From contig CM082595.2 of the NCBI GenBank assembly GCA_040954595.2, forward strand, positions 7,918,317-7,982,316: DNA of 64,000 nt. The letters are read 5' to 3'. Position 1 is the stretch's first letter, and every line of letters starts with the position of its first letter. A program made the position numbers and the translations under genes. This stretch comes from Balanoglossus misakiensis. Lineage: Eukaryota > Animalia > Hemichordata. The notes below the pieces were generated by a model. That model was not told where the DNA came from and did no database searches. It saw nothing but the letters and a program-made list of their open reading frames with translations. This document shows positions 11,943 to 25,532 of the stretch, piece after piece.

Positions 11943-14900
11943 GTAAGTGTAGAAAAGACATATGGACTAAAATCTAACCTTAGACGGTGTTTTTGTCAAT
12001 TTTTGATATTTCTGTGGCCTTTATTTATCCTTAGTAGATCTATTAGCGTGCAGTTTAGGTAGATCTTATTTATATTTTCTGTGTTAATATAGGATATTTT
12101 AAACTGACACGATTTAATTTGACATTTTCTTTATTTTTGTTCCAAAAATTTTATAAAACAACTAGAGAAATTGCTCTTAAATTTATTATGAACATGTCTC
12201 TTTAATGCCCTTTAAAATCATTGCACAGTTAACAATATTCGTGGTATTAAAATTAATTTTGAGAATGCGCTTATGTGGCCTACTTATTTTCTTGTTACTT
12301 GTCAATAATATTGTAACCAACATATTGTATTTGGGAGCAATTTTGCGCAAAAACTCCTATTTCAAGAAATCCCTTGTCTGACTGCTTTTTGATTTGGTTT
12401 ATAGGGTCATGTCGAAATAGTCGTGGAAATATTGTACTTGCGATCAGTTCTTCCTGATTTGTGGTCAAAAACTAAAAAAAATGGCTTGCCGAAATTTTGT
12501 TTGAGGGTCCTGGGTATTCGTATCATGAGTAAACAAATAACTAAGTCAATCCCATCTCTATAACGTAAGCAAACTTGGCTATATTGCAAATAAATTTGCC
12601 TCGTGTGTAAAACGGTTTGTAATAAGTCTTCTGTTGGCTGTTTTAAACAGCTTACTACAGATTTCAAAATACCTTGGAAATTCTTTGTCCTCTGGTGATA
12701 AAATAAACGTCTTTTGTAACAAAAGTAGTGAGTGCGTGTTGAGAGAGACGTGAACAGAAATGGGTGGAAGATTCGAGCACGGACGACGAGAGTTGTTTAG
12801 CGTGTCGATGCTGCTCTACGAAGCTCGTAGTTACCTTCTGACCGGGACATTTGCGCTTAAACGGACTGGGTTCCATCCGATGGGTTCTTGCCGATTGCCA
12901 CACGCCGGCGGGTATGAAAAGTGTAGACGAAGACGACGATCCGACAGCACCGCTCCCGACATGACCAGCTCCACGCCACTTTGAGCTGCACCGCGGTCGG
13001 ATATCCCACCCCGGCTGCCGGACAGCATATGAAGGTGTCTGAGCATTTTCTAGTCAAAGTGTACACGTTTAAAACTTTGGGGTTTTCGGAATGGAAATAG
13101 CGGAACAAGAACATGGATTTATACTAATCATGAACGCCAAACAAACGTTGAAAAAGCCAGATCTGAAAAAAAAATCCGCTGGGCGCGATGACGCGCCGAC
13201 GTTATTTTTCAAACAATGTAACCTGTCACGCTGAGTTCATATATTTTGCTGCCACAAACAAGTTCATGCGTAGGTCGAGAAAGTTCTCAAGCGGCCGGAT
13301 GATCGCTGCAAGGTTAGTGGCGGCCTCGCACGCCCGAATTTGCCACAAAACTATCAGTCCACACAGCGATGCGGTTCAAACTCTTCCGTTGTATTTCATT
13401 TCAACAACACAAATTCAGAATACAACACGGCAGTTTGGTACGTCGTCTCTATCCTACACTGCTTATTCTCATCTCAATCGTCTCTCTTCGCAATCCCTCG
13501 ATTCTCTAAAAGAAAGTTCAACAGACGGGATACACTGCAACCCGCGGAACTAGCAATTCACGTCTCTGCTTCAAAGGAATATACCGACCTGAAGTGGGGA
13601 ACGCAGTCCGTTCAAGCGTAAATGTCCCGGTCAGAAGGTAACTACGAGCTTCGTAGAGCAGCATTCGACACGCTAAACAACTCTCGTCGTTTGCAACACG
13701 CTATTTTTTTTCCAAGTCCACGTTTGGTCGGACAAACGATTTCTGACGGTTCGACAGACGGTGGGTATTGACACGTCTGCTTGCGAAAATTCCGCCAATT
13801 TTTGTTGAATTTCTCCGTATGAAATCGAAGGAGTTTGTCATTTTAAATACTCGATATATTGCTCTTCATCATTACGAAGTTTCCTTGGTTGTCAGTGCAA
13901 AACATCCTCATACAAGGTTCAGAGTAGACTACAGACAATCTCACAGTGGGATTACGAACGTTTGAAACGGTTAATTTGTTGCAAAATAAACAAAGTGCGG
14001 TATTCGGTTTCATGAAATTAGACTCGAACACAAAGAATTTGCAAGGTATTTTGAAATCGGTAGTATAGTTAACAACATTGCAACCCTTAAAGGGACAAAG
14101 TCTCTCTCTCGCTGACCCCTTTTCCATTAATTATGTTTGATACAAGACAGCGTTTATATTATTCTACATGTGGATATATAGTGAATCAACATTCGATCAC
14201 ACACAACTTCCGTCCCGCTTGTAGACACGAGAGTGGAAAACTCGCCAAAATGAATAATCAGTCTTTACCATTTATTCATTTTGGGCGAGTTGTTACTCTC
14301 AAATCCTACGAACAGGATGGAAGTTGTGTGTGGTGGAACCTTAATTCACTATCATGATATATCCACAACCTCATACTTCTATTATATTCTATTTCTTTTT
14401 GTCAGAATACTTTGATATATACGCCCTAAGAAATGGCCAGGCAGTTGGAGTTAGTCCTCCAAACTATCCAGATGATCACAAGTGCACTTGGACCCTGACC
14501 AATACTGATGGTGGACTAATAATAGTCTGCTTCAGTCATTTCGAGTTGGTCTCGCAAAATGACTCCCTTGCACTTCGAGACGAGAACAATGAAAGCAATA
14601 TTAAACAAAAGCGCAATTATATATACGATGATATGCCCATTGTCCCACCCATCTTTGTATCGTTCGGTGATGTCACTACGATGGTTTGGACGACAAGTGA
14701 GCAAAATCCTGGATCATTTCATGCGACTGTAACTGCAGTGGAAAGTGAGTATCAAGTGTTTCATTTCAATTATATCTCAATTGAAGAAGAAGAAGAAGAA
14801 GAAGAAGAACAACAACAATGACGGTGTCAAAATGTTTTATTTTCCTTTCTTTTTAATATCTATCGTCATCGTCACCGTCATTATTAGGGTAGGGAGATCG

Positions 14901-17900
14901 AGATTGCTGTGTCAATACCGCTATTAATAATGGAAAATTGTCGCCGATCTCCATGCTACGTCTACAAAGAAAACCCAGGTGACTTTTATGAAAAAAATCT
15001 CCTCATATATGTAGCAAAGGTTTTGAGGGCTATCATTTATCTGAAAATGTGTTCCCAGAGGCTTATGATGCGTCAGTGTAGAGGGCGGTATACCGGTAGA
15101 CCAACAAGAGTAATTTCAAGCACACACGCTTCCTTGAGTGTCATAGTAAAGTCATCCAATGATTGTTTTTTTATATAAATTTGTGTACAAAAACACTCAA
15201 TGTTGGCATGAAGGTTACACCTATATTAAAATCTACTGGATTGAATGGCCAAAGATTTTCTCACATAAGCATATCTAATAGTTTGTCTAATGTTCTCATT
15301 TGTACAATATAAATATTCTTCATCAGTGACGTGCGTTAAATCTCAACGTTCACATATGCCCAGGGCACTATGCTCGCTGCTTTAATTTCGTACCGTCATT
15401 TCTATACATTTCTACCCAAAACACTTTTGCATTATATTTCTTTTGTAGGCACCTTCTCTCTGTACGAATGTCCAGTTGTATCAGGTGTAAGTATTAAACC
15501 AGACTGCTGAAAGGAATTCTTATTAAAATGCAACATAAGAGCGCAGTTTGAATCAAGCGCAGCGCCCCCAATGGGCAAAGAACGAGTAAGCTTCAGAACA
15601 CGCTCTCCTGACGAGCGAATGAGGGCGTGGTTCAAAGGAATATAGTTAACCATGATTATTTACCGTTCAAAGTTTAGATCAAGATAATAAATATTTGTCC
15701 ATATATATCCGCGCGAAAGACGTGTGCCATAACATGGCCTAGGTCATTCGATGACTTAGACTTGCCCTCTCATCATTGCAATATGTAGATTTCATGTAAT
15801 CATATTTTTAAGGACTCTGACAGTAAACAACATTGGAAAAATATGAAAAATAATATGAACACTCTGAAAAATATTTATATTTTGTTTACTGTACGACTAT
15901 CTTGGAACTTTTATATGTTAAAAAGTCAAAATGAACTAACAAATGCTTCATTGTGTCATTTCTGAACTCCGACAGGTGCTTGAACCATTTCCTCGAGCAT
16001 CTGCTATGATCAAGGAACTAATGGATCTAAACCTGCCTCTAGATTCAAGTCGGAACATAGCTAAAGGCAAGCGATTTCACATTTCTGACAAAAAATACAC
16101 GTTCCAGTTCACGATGTCCAGACTGTGCAAACTTTGCAATGGCCATATATTTGAACATCATGTGTTAGACTAATGTTGAAGTGATGCCCGAATATAATCA
16201 ATATATGTAATGAACAACGGACAATAGGGAAATGCATATAACTCATTCTGCCTACAGTTTCAATTTCAAATCTTACAGAAATCCTGGCGCTTCTGGATGA
16301 AGGCATTGTGACTCTTCCGTCGCCGGCCGAAGATGAAACAACAGACGTGGTGACCAAGTTCCTTCTAAACGCAACCGATTCCCTCGCCAAGACTGTTCTA
16401 CGTGGGATGGAACCCGGCAGTGGGCCAGTTACCATGGATTCAGAATTCTTTCAATTGCATTTGGAAAGCGATTCTGTGGTGCATCTTACCGACACCTCTA
16501 TGTTACTCCGAGGCGGCAATGGTGTGAAGTTTCCACCGGCAGAGAAGATGTTCTCCAATTTAACCTCTGGAGCAATTGTTAACAGGATTGTAAGAGTCTA
16601 ACCCTTGTTGTTGAACATAAGATGTTATTGCTTCTCTCTCTCTCTATTTCCTTAAACACACTCTGTAAACACATGCCAATGAAGTTTATAATACATTATC
16701 GCCCATAGGTTAGTGTTTTGAACAGAAGTTTGCTTCTTCAAGACTACAATGAACGGAACACATTTCCAAGAAAATTTGTGTTGAGCTTGTCGTTCACTGA
16801 TAGAGAAGGCAGAGAGTTAGAAGGTATTATATTATCATCACAATATTGCTTTCTATATGGTATGAGTTGGAATCGGATAAAATCTAACATTGAAAGATTT
16901 GTATGAACTCTACCTAACTTGGTTTGTCTGTAAATATGGATATGCAATATATATTTTCTGTTCAGCATCAACATCTGCATAAAAGTTATTCTCTATTCAC
17001 CCTTCCAGTGAAAGATACTAAAGAAGACATTGAAATTACATTTGCTAGTGAAGCCCCTGAGCCAGAAACCGTCTCATTGATCGAAGGTGTGTACACTGTA
17101 GTCCATGATGTCACATATTTTGGATTAAATGTCGAGGTAGAGGTAAGTGAATGGAAATAAAACTAGTAAAATCAATTCTGATTATGTATACTGCTTTGGG
17201 CTATCGGCCAGCCAATACTAACAGATGTAAGCAAAAAGTGTTCATATTTCTCGCAAAATTAATATTCATTCTATATATTCTATCGTCGCAGATAGCATGG
17301 TTGTTCCAACCAATTATCATTAAGTTTGAAAATTGCAAACCTCTGTATGGAAATACAACGGTGTACGTCTTCAAAGAACACACGACTTACAATGACGAAT
17401 ACGTTGGATACCAGTTCGCTGTTGACATGGAATTTGCAGGAGATTATTCCACGGTGTTAATCCCAGAACACTATTTCTTAAGAACTGGGGAATATTATTT
17501 AACATTTACCATTCCCCACAGTAAGCGTCCATGTTTAACATTTACATGTACCTTACACTGCACTTAAGTATTGTACACATTTGCTGTTTAAAGCACATTT
17601 AATAGCTTGTGCATTGTCATGCATCATTTAAATTTACAAGTTCAAACCTATTATTTGTATCAGAACCTATCATATCAATTCATGTAGTAAGGAAGTCTGA
17701 ACTACTAGGCCAAAATGCATGAGTCTACATCCAGGGTTTTAAGAGTCGACGTCACCACCACGTCAAAAAGAATACAACTTCTTTGAGATACCCTAACTTG
17801 TTTGTATTCTTTCCATTTTGTAGAGCAAGATATCCAGTTTGCATACACTGTCATACAAACTAGGTGTGATTATCTGAATATCCAGACTGACAGCTGGGAG

Positions 17901-18209
17901 AGTGACGGTTGCCAGGTATGCACAATGGTTCCTCAAAATATAATTTGGATTTAGCAGAATCAATTTTGTAATTTGAACCTAACCGAATTCAATGCATCCT
18001 TTAGATATGACACAATTCAAACAGTAGGCAGGAGAAATTTGAGAACCTGTAATACTTTGTCATATTACTCACAGAAATGTTCCAACTTTTCTGCATTTAT
18101 TTTAAATCCGTAGGTTTCACCATTATCAAACGTCACCTCCACTGTGTGTCTGTGTAACCACCTGACGACATTTACATCCGGACTGGCAACAACAATGAGA
18201 TTACCCTAG
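11876..18209 (+). CDS. Secreted CUB + GAIN/GPS domain protein (polycystin-1-like / adhesion-GPCR ectodomain-like), 10 coding exons, 503 aa, no transmembrane region
   Basis: Exons 11876-11942, 14406-14744, 15449-15486, 15976-16066, 16279-16589, 16709-16823, 17009-17142, 17292-17520, 17824-17915 and 18114-18209 splice with consistent phases (1512 nt, ATG to TAG). Signal peptide MYYLASLVFILLCCAYIALS, CUB motif PPNYPDDHKCTWTL...FSHFEL, PKD1L-like VLSLSFTDREGRELEVKD, GPS CDYL...WESDGCQV...TVCLCNHLTTF. Confidence 0.85.
12650..14068. mobile_element. Putative non-autonomous DNA element with two pairs of inverted repeats, in intron 1
   Basis: 12655-12690 (ACTACAGATTTCAAAATACCTTGGAAATTCTTTGT) is inverted at 14029-14064. 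12784-12852 is inverted at 13620-13689 (~68 bp, near perfect). Termini and TSD not resolved. Confidence 0.6.
14406..14744 (+). CDS. Exon 2: CUB domain
   Basis: Pyrimidine tract + CAG acceptor, GTGAGT donor, phase 1-1. Contains SPPNYPDDHKCTWTL, FSHFEL, DSL and GSFHATV (ORF 14354..14821). Confidence 0.85.
14783..14818 (+). repeat. (GAA)n(CAA)n microsatellite, intronic
   Basis: Directly visible. It lies past the GTGAGT donor at 14745. Confidence 0.95.
17824..18209 (+). CDS. Exons 9-10: GPS autoproteolysis motif and stop codon
   Basis: RCDYLNIQTDSWESDGCQ | VSPLSNVTSTVCLCNHLTTFTSGLATTMRLP*. Matches the canonical C-W-GC-CxCxHL/T motif. Confidence 0.9.
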
Positions 18210-18929
18210 AAAACGATTGGTTACATTCTAACCCATGATGCATTGTGATTGCCAACATGGCGGCAAAACAGTTGGTCCCTCCACATAATGCTCACTGACC
18301 ACACGAGGGCGATATGAACAGAATTTCATTTTTATCAGATTAGTCCAATGGATTTTTGGCCACTTAGGCCTCCAGAGTTATTAATCATGCTTCATTCGTC
18401 CTTACCATACTAACACAAACTATATTATAGATAATATATCATGGTGTCATTTAGGCCAAACCACCATCATCACTATTCTCTGCCGAGTCTTTGGAGTATA
18501 TGCCATGAGTAATTTATTCAGAAAAATTGAATTCGTTATTCACAAATGTGTAAATCATTATTATTCGATTGAATTTATTGTCAAAATATACAAAAAAAAC
18601 TGTGATTAATTTTCAATTCGAACAATTGTTGGATTCCAGATTGAAATACAATCATTATTATGTTGGTGTTCATGTATCTCGTGGTTGTTAATGTAAGATG
18701 TCTATTTCAAATTAAATCTATATGTTTACATATTTAAACACTCAACTCAATAGTAATTTTAGTAGGCTATTTGTTCATTCTTGTATTTTTACAGTCACAC
18801 ATATAGTTACCCATTTCAAGTATGCCTTACATGTTGTCGTTTTGAAAGCTTTGTATATTTAAATACTTGCATGTTATCCTTCTTTTAAAAAAAAGTAGAA
18901 ACCTGCCGATGAAAACATCAGGGGCTAGT

Positions 18930-21900
18930 TAGGGGCACAAGCCTATCGGGCTTGTGCCCCTATTGGTATTGTTGGAATTTTTAGGGCCCAAGCGCAAGCC
19001 AGCGCTTGGGCCCTATTGGTTTCGTTGGGGTTTTTCTGTCTTTCCTTCTTTCTTCTTTCTTCTTTCTTTCTTTATTCTTGTGTCAATTCTTTGTCGCTCT
19101 AGATCTCAGACACCGCTGCAGGTACACTTCTGAAACTTGCTACAGTGGTCAAGGTCAATGAGTAGTCGTGCATTGAACCTGTGAATTTTTAATTAGTCAC
19201 GTGACCTGGCGGCCATCTTGGATTTTCTGAAAAAATGCAAATCTCAGATCTCAGAAACTACAAGTCAGATCAACTTCAAATTTGGCATGCTGGTAGACTA
19301 CCTTCTGCCCATCATTTTTGTAATTGGAAATTATGCTGACAATGTTGCAGTTTTTTTGCTACAATTTTATTTCTGAAATCTGGCTTAAATTTCAAAAATC
19401 TTCTTCTCCAGAACCGGTGATAACCGAGACACGGGGTTTGAAGTATGTGGTCACCTAACTGATGTCTATCAAGTTTGCGAAGATCATTGTGATTGGTCGA
19501 AGATTATGGCGGCCATATTGGATTTTCGAAAAACCATAGTAAAACTTCAAAAATCTTCTTCTCAAGAACCGGCGATAATTGAGTCACAAGATTTGGGCAG
19601 TATGGTCACTATACTGATGTCTATCAAGTTTGCAAAGAGCATTGTGATTGGTTGAAGATTATGGCGGCCATATTGGATTTTGCGAAAAACGATTAAAAAG
19701 TAAAAATTCCCTTTCTAGCCTAAAAATTGATAGCACAGAAATTCTTTTTATGGATATGAATCATCATATGACTACAATGTGCTATAAATATTTTGGTAAT
19801 TTTGGCAATGACCTTTGACCTACTTTTGACGCATCATTTTTCTGCATATCTTATTCCAGGCTAACCAATAGGGCTATAAGTTTGGTTTTTGAGGTATGTG
19901 GATTAGTGTGTGATCAAAATATTTTGCTACTTTTCACGACCCCTTTGACCCCTGCTGACCTCATTAATTATGTGCATAGCTAATTACAGGCGAACCAATA
20001 GACCTAGAGGTTTTGTTTTTGTTGGACAGGACCAGTATGGGGTCAAATGTTTTTACCCAAATGTTGGGTGACCTCGGGTGACCTTTGACCTACTTTTGCA
20101 TATCTTGACATCCATAGCAGATACAGCGTTGGCGTTTGGAGGTATGGGGCCATAATGAAAAGCCAAAGTTTTGGGTCACCTCTGACACCTGCTTAACTCA
20201 TTATTTATGTGCATACCTAATTTCGGGCTAACCAAAAGGGCTAGAGATCTGGTTTTTGTTGGACATAGACCACTATGGGTCAAAATTTTCTGCCCAAATT
20301 GTGGGTGACCTCTGGGTGACCTTTGACCTACTTAACACTATATCAACACCAAACATAGATATAATCTTGATATTTCATGGGATAAAACACAGCATTATGT
20401 TCCTACTCATTAATTATGTGCATATCTGATAATCAGATCAGATAATAGAGCTTGGGCCCGGACAATGCTGCTTGCAGCTTTATCTGTCTTTCTTTCTTTC
20501 TTTCTTTTTTCTTGTGTCATTTCTTTGTTGCTCTAGATCTCAGACACCGCTGCAGGTACACTTCTGAAACTTGCTACAGTGGTCAAGGTCAATGAGTAGT
20601 CGTGCATTGAACCCATGAATTTTTAATTAGTCACGTGACCTGGCGGCCATATTGGATTTTCTGAAAAAATGCAAATCTCAGATCTCAGAAACTACAAGTC
20701 AGATCGACTTCAAATTTGGCGTGCAGGTAGACTACCTTCTGTCAATCATTTTTGTAATAGGAAATTATGCTGACAAAGTTGCAGTTTTTTTGCTACAATT
20801 TTTTTTCTGAAATCTGGCTTAAATTTCAAAAATCTTCTTCTCCAGAACCGGTGATAACCGAGACACGGGGTTTGGGGTATGTGGTCACCTAACTGATGTC
20901 TATCAAGTTTGCGAAGATCATTATGATTGGTCGAAGATTACGGTGGCCATATTGGATTTTCGAAAAACCCTAGTAAAATTTCAAAAATCTTCTTCTCAAG
21001 AACCGGCGATAACCGAGTCACAACATTTGGTGTGTGTGGTCATTAAGCAGATGTCTAACAACTTTGCGAAGGGGATTATGATTGGTCGAAGATTATGGCG
21101 GCCATATTGGATTTTGTGAAAAACGATTAAAAAGAAAAAATTCCCTTTCTAGCCTAAAAATTGATAGCACAGAAATTCTTTTTATGGATATGAATCATCA
21201 TATGCCAAGAATAAGCTATAAATATTTTGGTAATTTTGGCAATGACCTTTGACCTACTTTTGACGCATCATTTTTCTGCATATCTAATTCCAGGCTAACC
21301 AATAGGGCTATAAGTTTGGTTTTTGATGTATGTGGATTTGTATGTGATCAAAAAATGTTGCTACTTTTCATGACCCCTTTGACCTCTGCTGGCCTCATTA
21401 AATATGCACATACCTAATTACAGGTGAACCAATAGACCTAGAGGTTTTGTTTTTGTTATACATGGACCAGTATGGGGTAAAACTATTTTGCCCAAATGTT
21501 GGGTGACCTCGGGTGACCTTTGACCTACTTTTGCATATCTTGACATCCACAGCAGATACAGCCTTGGCGTTTGGAGGTATGGGGCCATAATGAAAAGCCA
21601 AAGTTTTGGGTCACCTGTGACACCTGCTTAACTCATTATTTATGTGTATACCTAATTCTGGGCTAACCAAAAGGGCTAGAGATCTGGTTTTTATTGGACA
21701 TGGACCACTATGGGTCAAAATTTTTTGCCCAAATTGTGGGTGATCTCTGGGTGACCTTTGACCTACTTAACACTATATCAACACCAAGCATAGATATAAC
21801 CTTGATAATTGATGGTATAAAACACAGCATTATGTTTCTACTCATTAATTATGTGCATATCTAATAATCTGATCAGATAATAGAGCTTGGGCCCGGACAA

Positions 21901-23128
21901 TGCTGCTTGCAGCTTTAATTCTTATTATTATTCTTCTTCTTCCGAGAAATATGTCATTGTAGATCTGGAAAACCGCAGCACCTAGGGGGCCGAAACTTGG
22001 TAGGGTGGTAGGGGCCAATGAGTAGATGTGCAGTGGCTCGTGAATATTTAATTAGTCACGTGACCTGGCGGCCATATTGGATTTCCTGAAAATCGTTAAA
22101 CGAGTCCTTCTCAAAAACCACTGGGCTGATCGAGTTCAAATTTGGTGTGCAGGTAGCCTACCTTATGTCCATCATTTTACCCTATTGAAATCATGACGTC
22201 ACACATAAAGTTTTTTTGCTACAATTGTTTTTCTGAAAAACTACTTAAAACTTTAAAAATCTTCTTCTCCAGAACCAGCGATTGCCGAGTCACGGGATTC
22301 GGGGAATGTGGTCACCTAACCTATGTCTATCAAGTTTGCGAAGCGCACTGTGATTGGTCGATCATTATGGCGGCCATGTTGGATTTTCGGAAAACCATTG
22401 AAAATGAAAATTCCGTTTTGTGGCCAAAATGTTGACAGCACGGAAATTCTTTTTTTGGATATGAGTCATCATATGACCGAAAGTTGTCACAATTTTTCGG
22501 GGCAATTTTCACATGACCTTTGACCCAGTTTTAAAACAACTAATTATATATGCATATTCCCCATACCTCCTCTTGTCAAAGCACCACAGTCATGAATTTT
22601 GTGGACATGGGTACCAATGCTGCCAGGACATGACACAAATATTTTGGTAATTTTGGCAATGACCCTTGACCTATTTCTGAAACATCATTTTTCTGCATAT
22701 CTAATTCCAGGCTAACCAATAGGGCTAGAGGTCTGGTCTTAGTTGGACATGGCCCACCCTGGGGTCAAAATTTTATGCCCAAATTTTGGGTGACCTTTGA
22801 TGACCTTTGATCTACTTTCCCATATCTCAGCATCCACAGCAGTTAGAGTCCTGGCTTTTGGGGGGCAGATGGAGCGCATATGGAGTCTTACACAAGACCT
22901 CATTAATTATGCGCAAACCTAATTCTAGGTGAACCAATAGAGCTAGGGGTCTGGTTTTTGTTGGACCTAGACTTGTATGGGGTCCGATTTTTTTGCCCAA
23001 ATTTGGGGTGACCTCAAGTGACCTTTGACCTACTTTCCCATATCTTGGTATCCACAGCTGATACAGCCTCGGCATTTGCTGGTTACCATGGGAACCGCTT
23101 GTGCCCCGCCAACGCTGCTTGCAGCTTT
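18930..23128 (+). mobile_element. Second stack of nested/tandem Helentron-type non-autonomous elements
   Basis: 5' hairpins at 18930-18962 (GGGGCACAAGC..GCTTGTGCCCC) and 18982-19015 (GGGCCCAAGCGC..GCGCTTGGGCCC). 3' ends GCTTG(G/T)GCCC-N6/7-GCTGCTTGCAGCTTT at 20481, 21916 and 23128. 19035-20481 and 20483-21916 are ~1.44-kb tandem copies. Confidence 0.8.
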
Positions 23129-24090
23129 AATTATCCTTGGTGTTGTTTGTTGCGAGTTTCAATTGTTATATTTTAAATGAACGACTCATATTGTATCAAA
23201 TTAAAAATTCAAAATGGCCGCCAATCTATGTGTTAACTGTATGGAGAAAAATTAAAGTAGTAATTTTCACGACAACAAGGTGGTGAATGAATTATTTTCT
23301 TCTTTGTTTCCAAAAAGACTCCTTATAAAACTTAATATTGCAAAGAATTAAAAGGTTTGGATGACTATTATTTTTCCTAAAGCAAGTAAAAAAAACACAG
23401 AAAATTATTCCAAGGTGACATTTGCACATTTGTTAAGGATAGGTACAGTTCACAGTCACGTGGGAATTGAAATGTAAATACACAACGTTTGTGCCTGTGA
23501 CATAGGGGATTGTCGTGTGGTACTGTTGAATGTAAAGTCGATTCTTTTGATGTCAAATTCTTTGGCTTCTCTTTGTGAGTGTAATGAAAGACTACAAACA
23601 TTTGGGTCAATTCAACCGGCTTCATCAAATATTACACTATGAATTTAGATCTTAGCATTGCACCAATCATTTCCCGGGGGCAAACCATAGCATACATTGT
23701 CATTGTATATCAATATTCAACTTTGCCCCCCAAAAGAGAAACAATGCCAAATATTCTTGATCTAAATTGTTTTGGGGTGCATCATCGTCCCTTACAAATA
23801 TAGTTCACTCGATAACGTCGGTCGGCACGCTGCAAAATTTGGGTTCAGAGACAAAAATGTTTCTAGTCGAAAAATCCTGCAGTTTGTAGATGTAATCAGC
23901 AAAAGAGGTGGTACAGCCATGGTCAGAATGTACACTCTCAGCAGACTGTCTCATTTAGGCTTGATCCTGTTTTTTGGATACGGTGTCGATCGATAGTCTG
24001 TATGCTCTGATGATTGTCCTATTATGACTTCCCCTCTGGTGTTGCAATGTTAACATTATTTACTTTCTTCTATCTCTTACAAAATCAAAA

Positions 24091-24840
24091 GTGCCCCGTT
24101 TGGAGTTCCTCTGTTTTCAAGTGAAGAAAAAGTTTAGCATATCTCATCAGAAGAAAATGAAGTTCGTGAAATTACGGAAAGACATCTTACGTAGCCTCTT
24201 TGTTTCTGTCAAAACCCTTCAGCGAATTGATGAGGAAATGTGTTTCGTTGTTGGTGGCCGTTGTATAATGTATATTCAGCAGATGGCAGCTCCTTTGTCT
24301 AAGGTTGAGAAAGAGGGAGGTCTTATATTTCGTCACCCAGAGTTACGTGATGAAATCTTACGCTGGGAGAGGTTGGAAACAGGGAATATATACAGTCAAT
24401 GGAAAGAAGAGAAATATGTCAACATTCACAAGTGATGCTTCTCAGTATGCTTGGGGCGGTATCTGTATGTCTGGAGAAAGGAGAGGGGAGATTAGAGATT
24501 ACTGGGGTACGAATATGCAAGAAAACTGTTAGCGTATAAGGAGAGTAAGGCGCTTAAGAAAACATTACTGTCATTTGAATGTGTGGTCCGCAATACCCGG
24601 GTTATTGCTTATACTGATAACAAAACGCTAATACATTGCTGGCGGAATTTGAGAAGTAGAAGCAAGGATATGAATAACGCCTTGAAGACTATATATGAGG
24701 TAGTGATTTGGATATCACTTTTAGAAATGCGGTATATTCCGTCCAGTGCCAATCCAGCTGATTCCCCTTCCAATACTTACCTCTCAGGATGCACGGTTTA
24801 TCTCGAGCTATTGGCAGATGATTGACAGGGAATTTGGTTA
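24091..24840 (+). pseudogene. DIRS/Ngaro-type tyrosine-recombinase retrotransposon RT-RNase H relic
   Basis: FTSDASQYAWGG...KESKAL...VIAYTDNKTLI...YIPSSANPADSPS spread over frameshifted ORFs 24091, 24305 and 24583. This is the DIRS1-type RNase H motif order. Confidence 0.8.
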
Positions 24841-25532
24841 TATCTTAATATTTAAACAGGTAGGTTATAGAAAGAGTATTTTAAGGTGTTTTATTGTTTC
24901 AGCATCCTGAAAGATTTGTCGAACTGATCACTCCAGTTGTAGCATCTATTCAAATTATCTATGATGAAATTCAAGAGCTCTATGCAATTTACGGTCTATT
25001 AAAATTGTGGTGATTTCAATTCTTTGTATTAATCTTGACTCGCACTTAATTTCATATAAGTTTACACGCAAATAATATTCATTGTTTGATACTTACATGG
25101 ACAAACAACAGCAACTATCAATTGAATGACTGTATCACCCCAATATGTAATACTAACCCAATATGTAATAACACTTAACCCAATATGTAATAAACTTTAA
25201 TTCTACATGTAATAAACGTTATCAGCTAGCTGCATATGTAATAAACGTTAACCCTATATGTTATAAACTTGAATTTTACATGAAATAAACGTTTTCAGTT
25301 AACCCTATATGTAATACACGTTAACCCTATATGTAATAAACTTTAATTCTACATGAAATAACGTTAATTCTACATGAAAAAACGTTATTAGTTAACCCTA
25401 TATGTAATAAACGTTAACCCTATATGTAATAAACTTTAACCCAATATGTAACACTAACCCAATATGTAATAACACTAACCCAATATGTAATAACACCTTA
25501 ACCCAATATGTAATACTAACCCAATATGTAAT

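Noticed and set aside
14745-14821. Poly-Glu/Gln C-terminus of ORF 14354..14821
   Set aside because: It lies beyond the splice donor at 14745 and is an intronic microsatellite.
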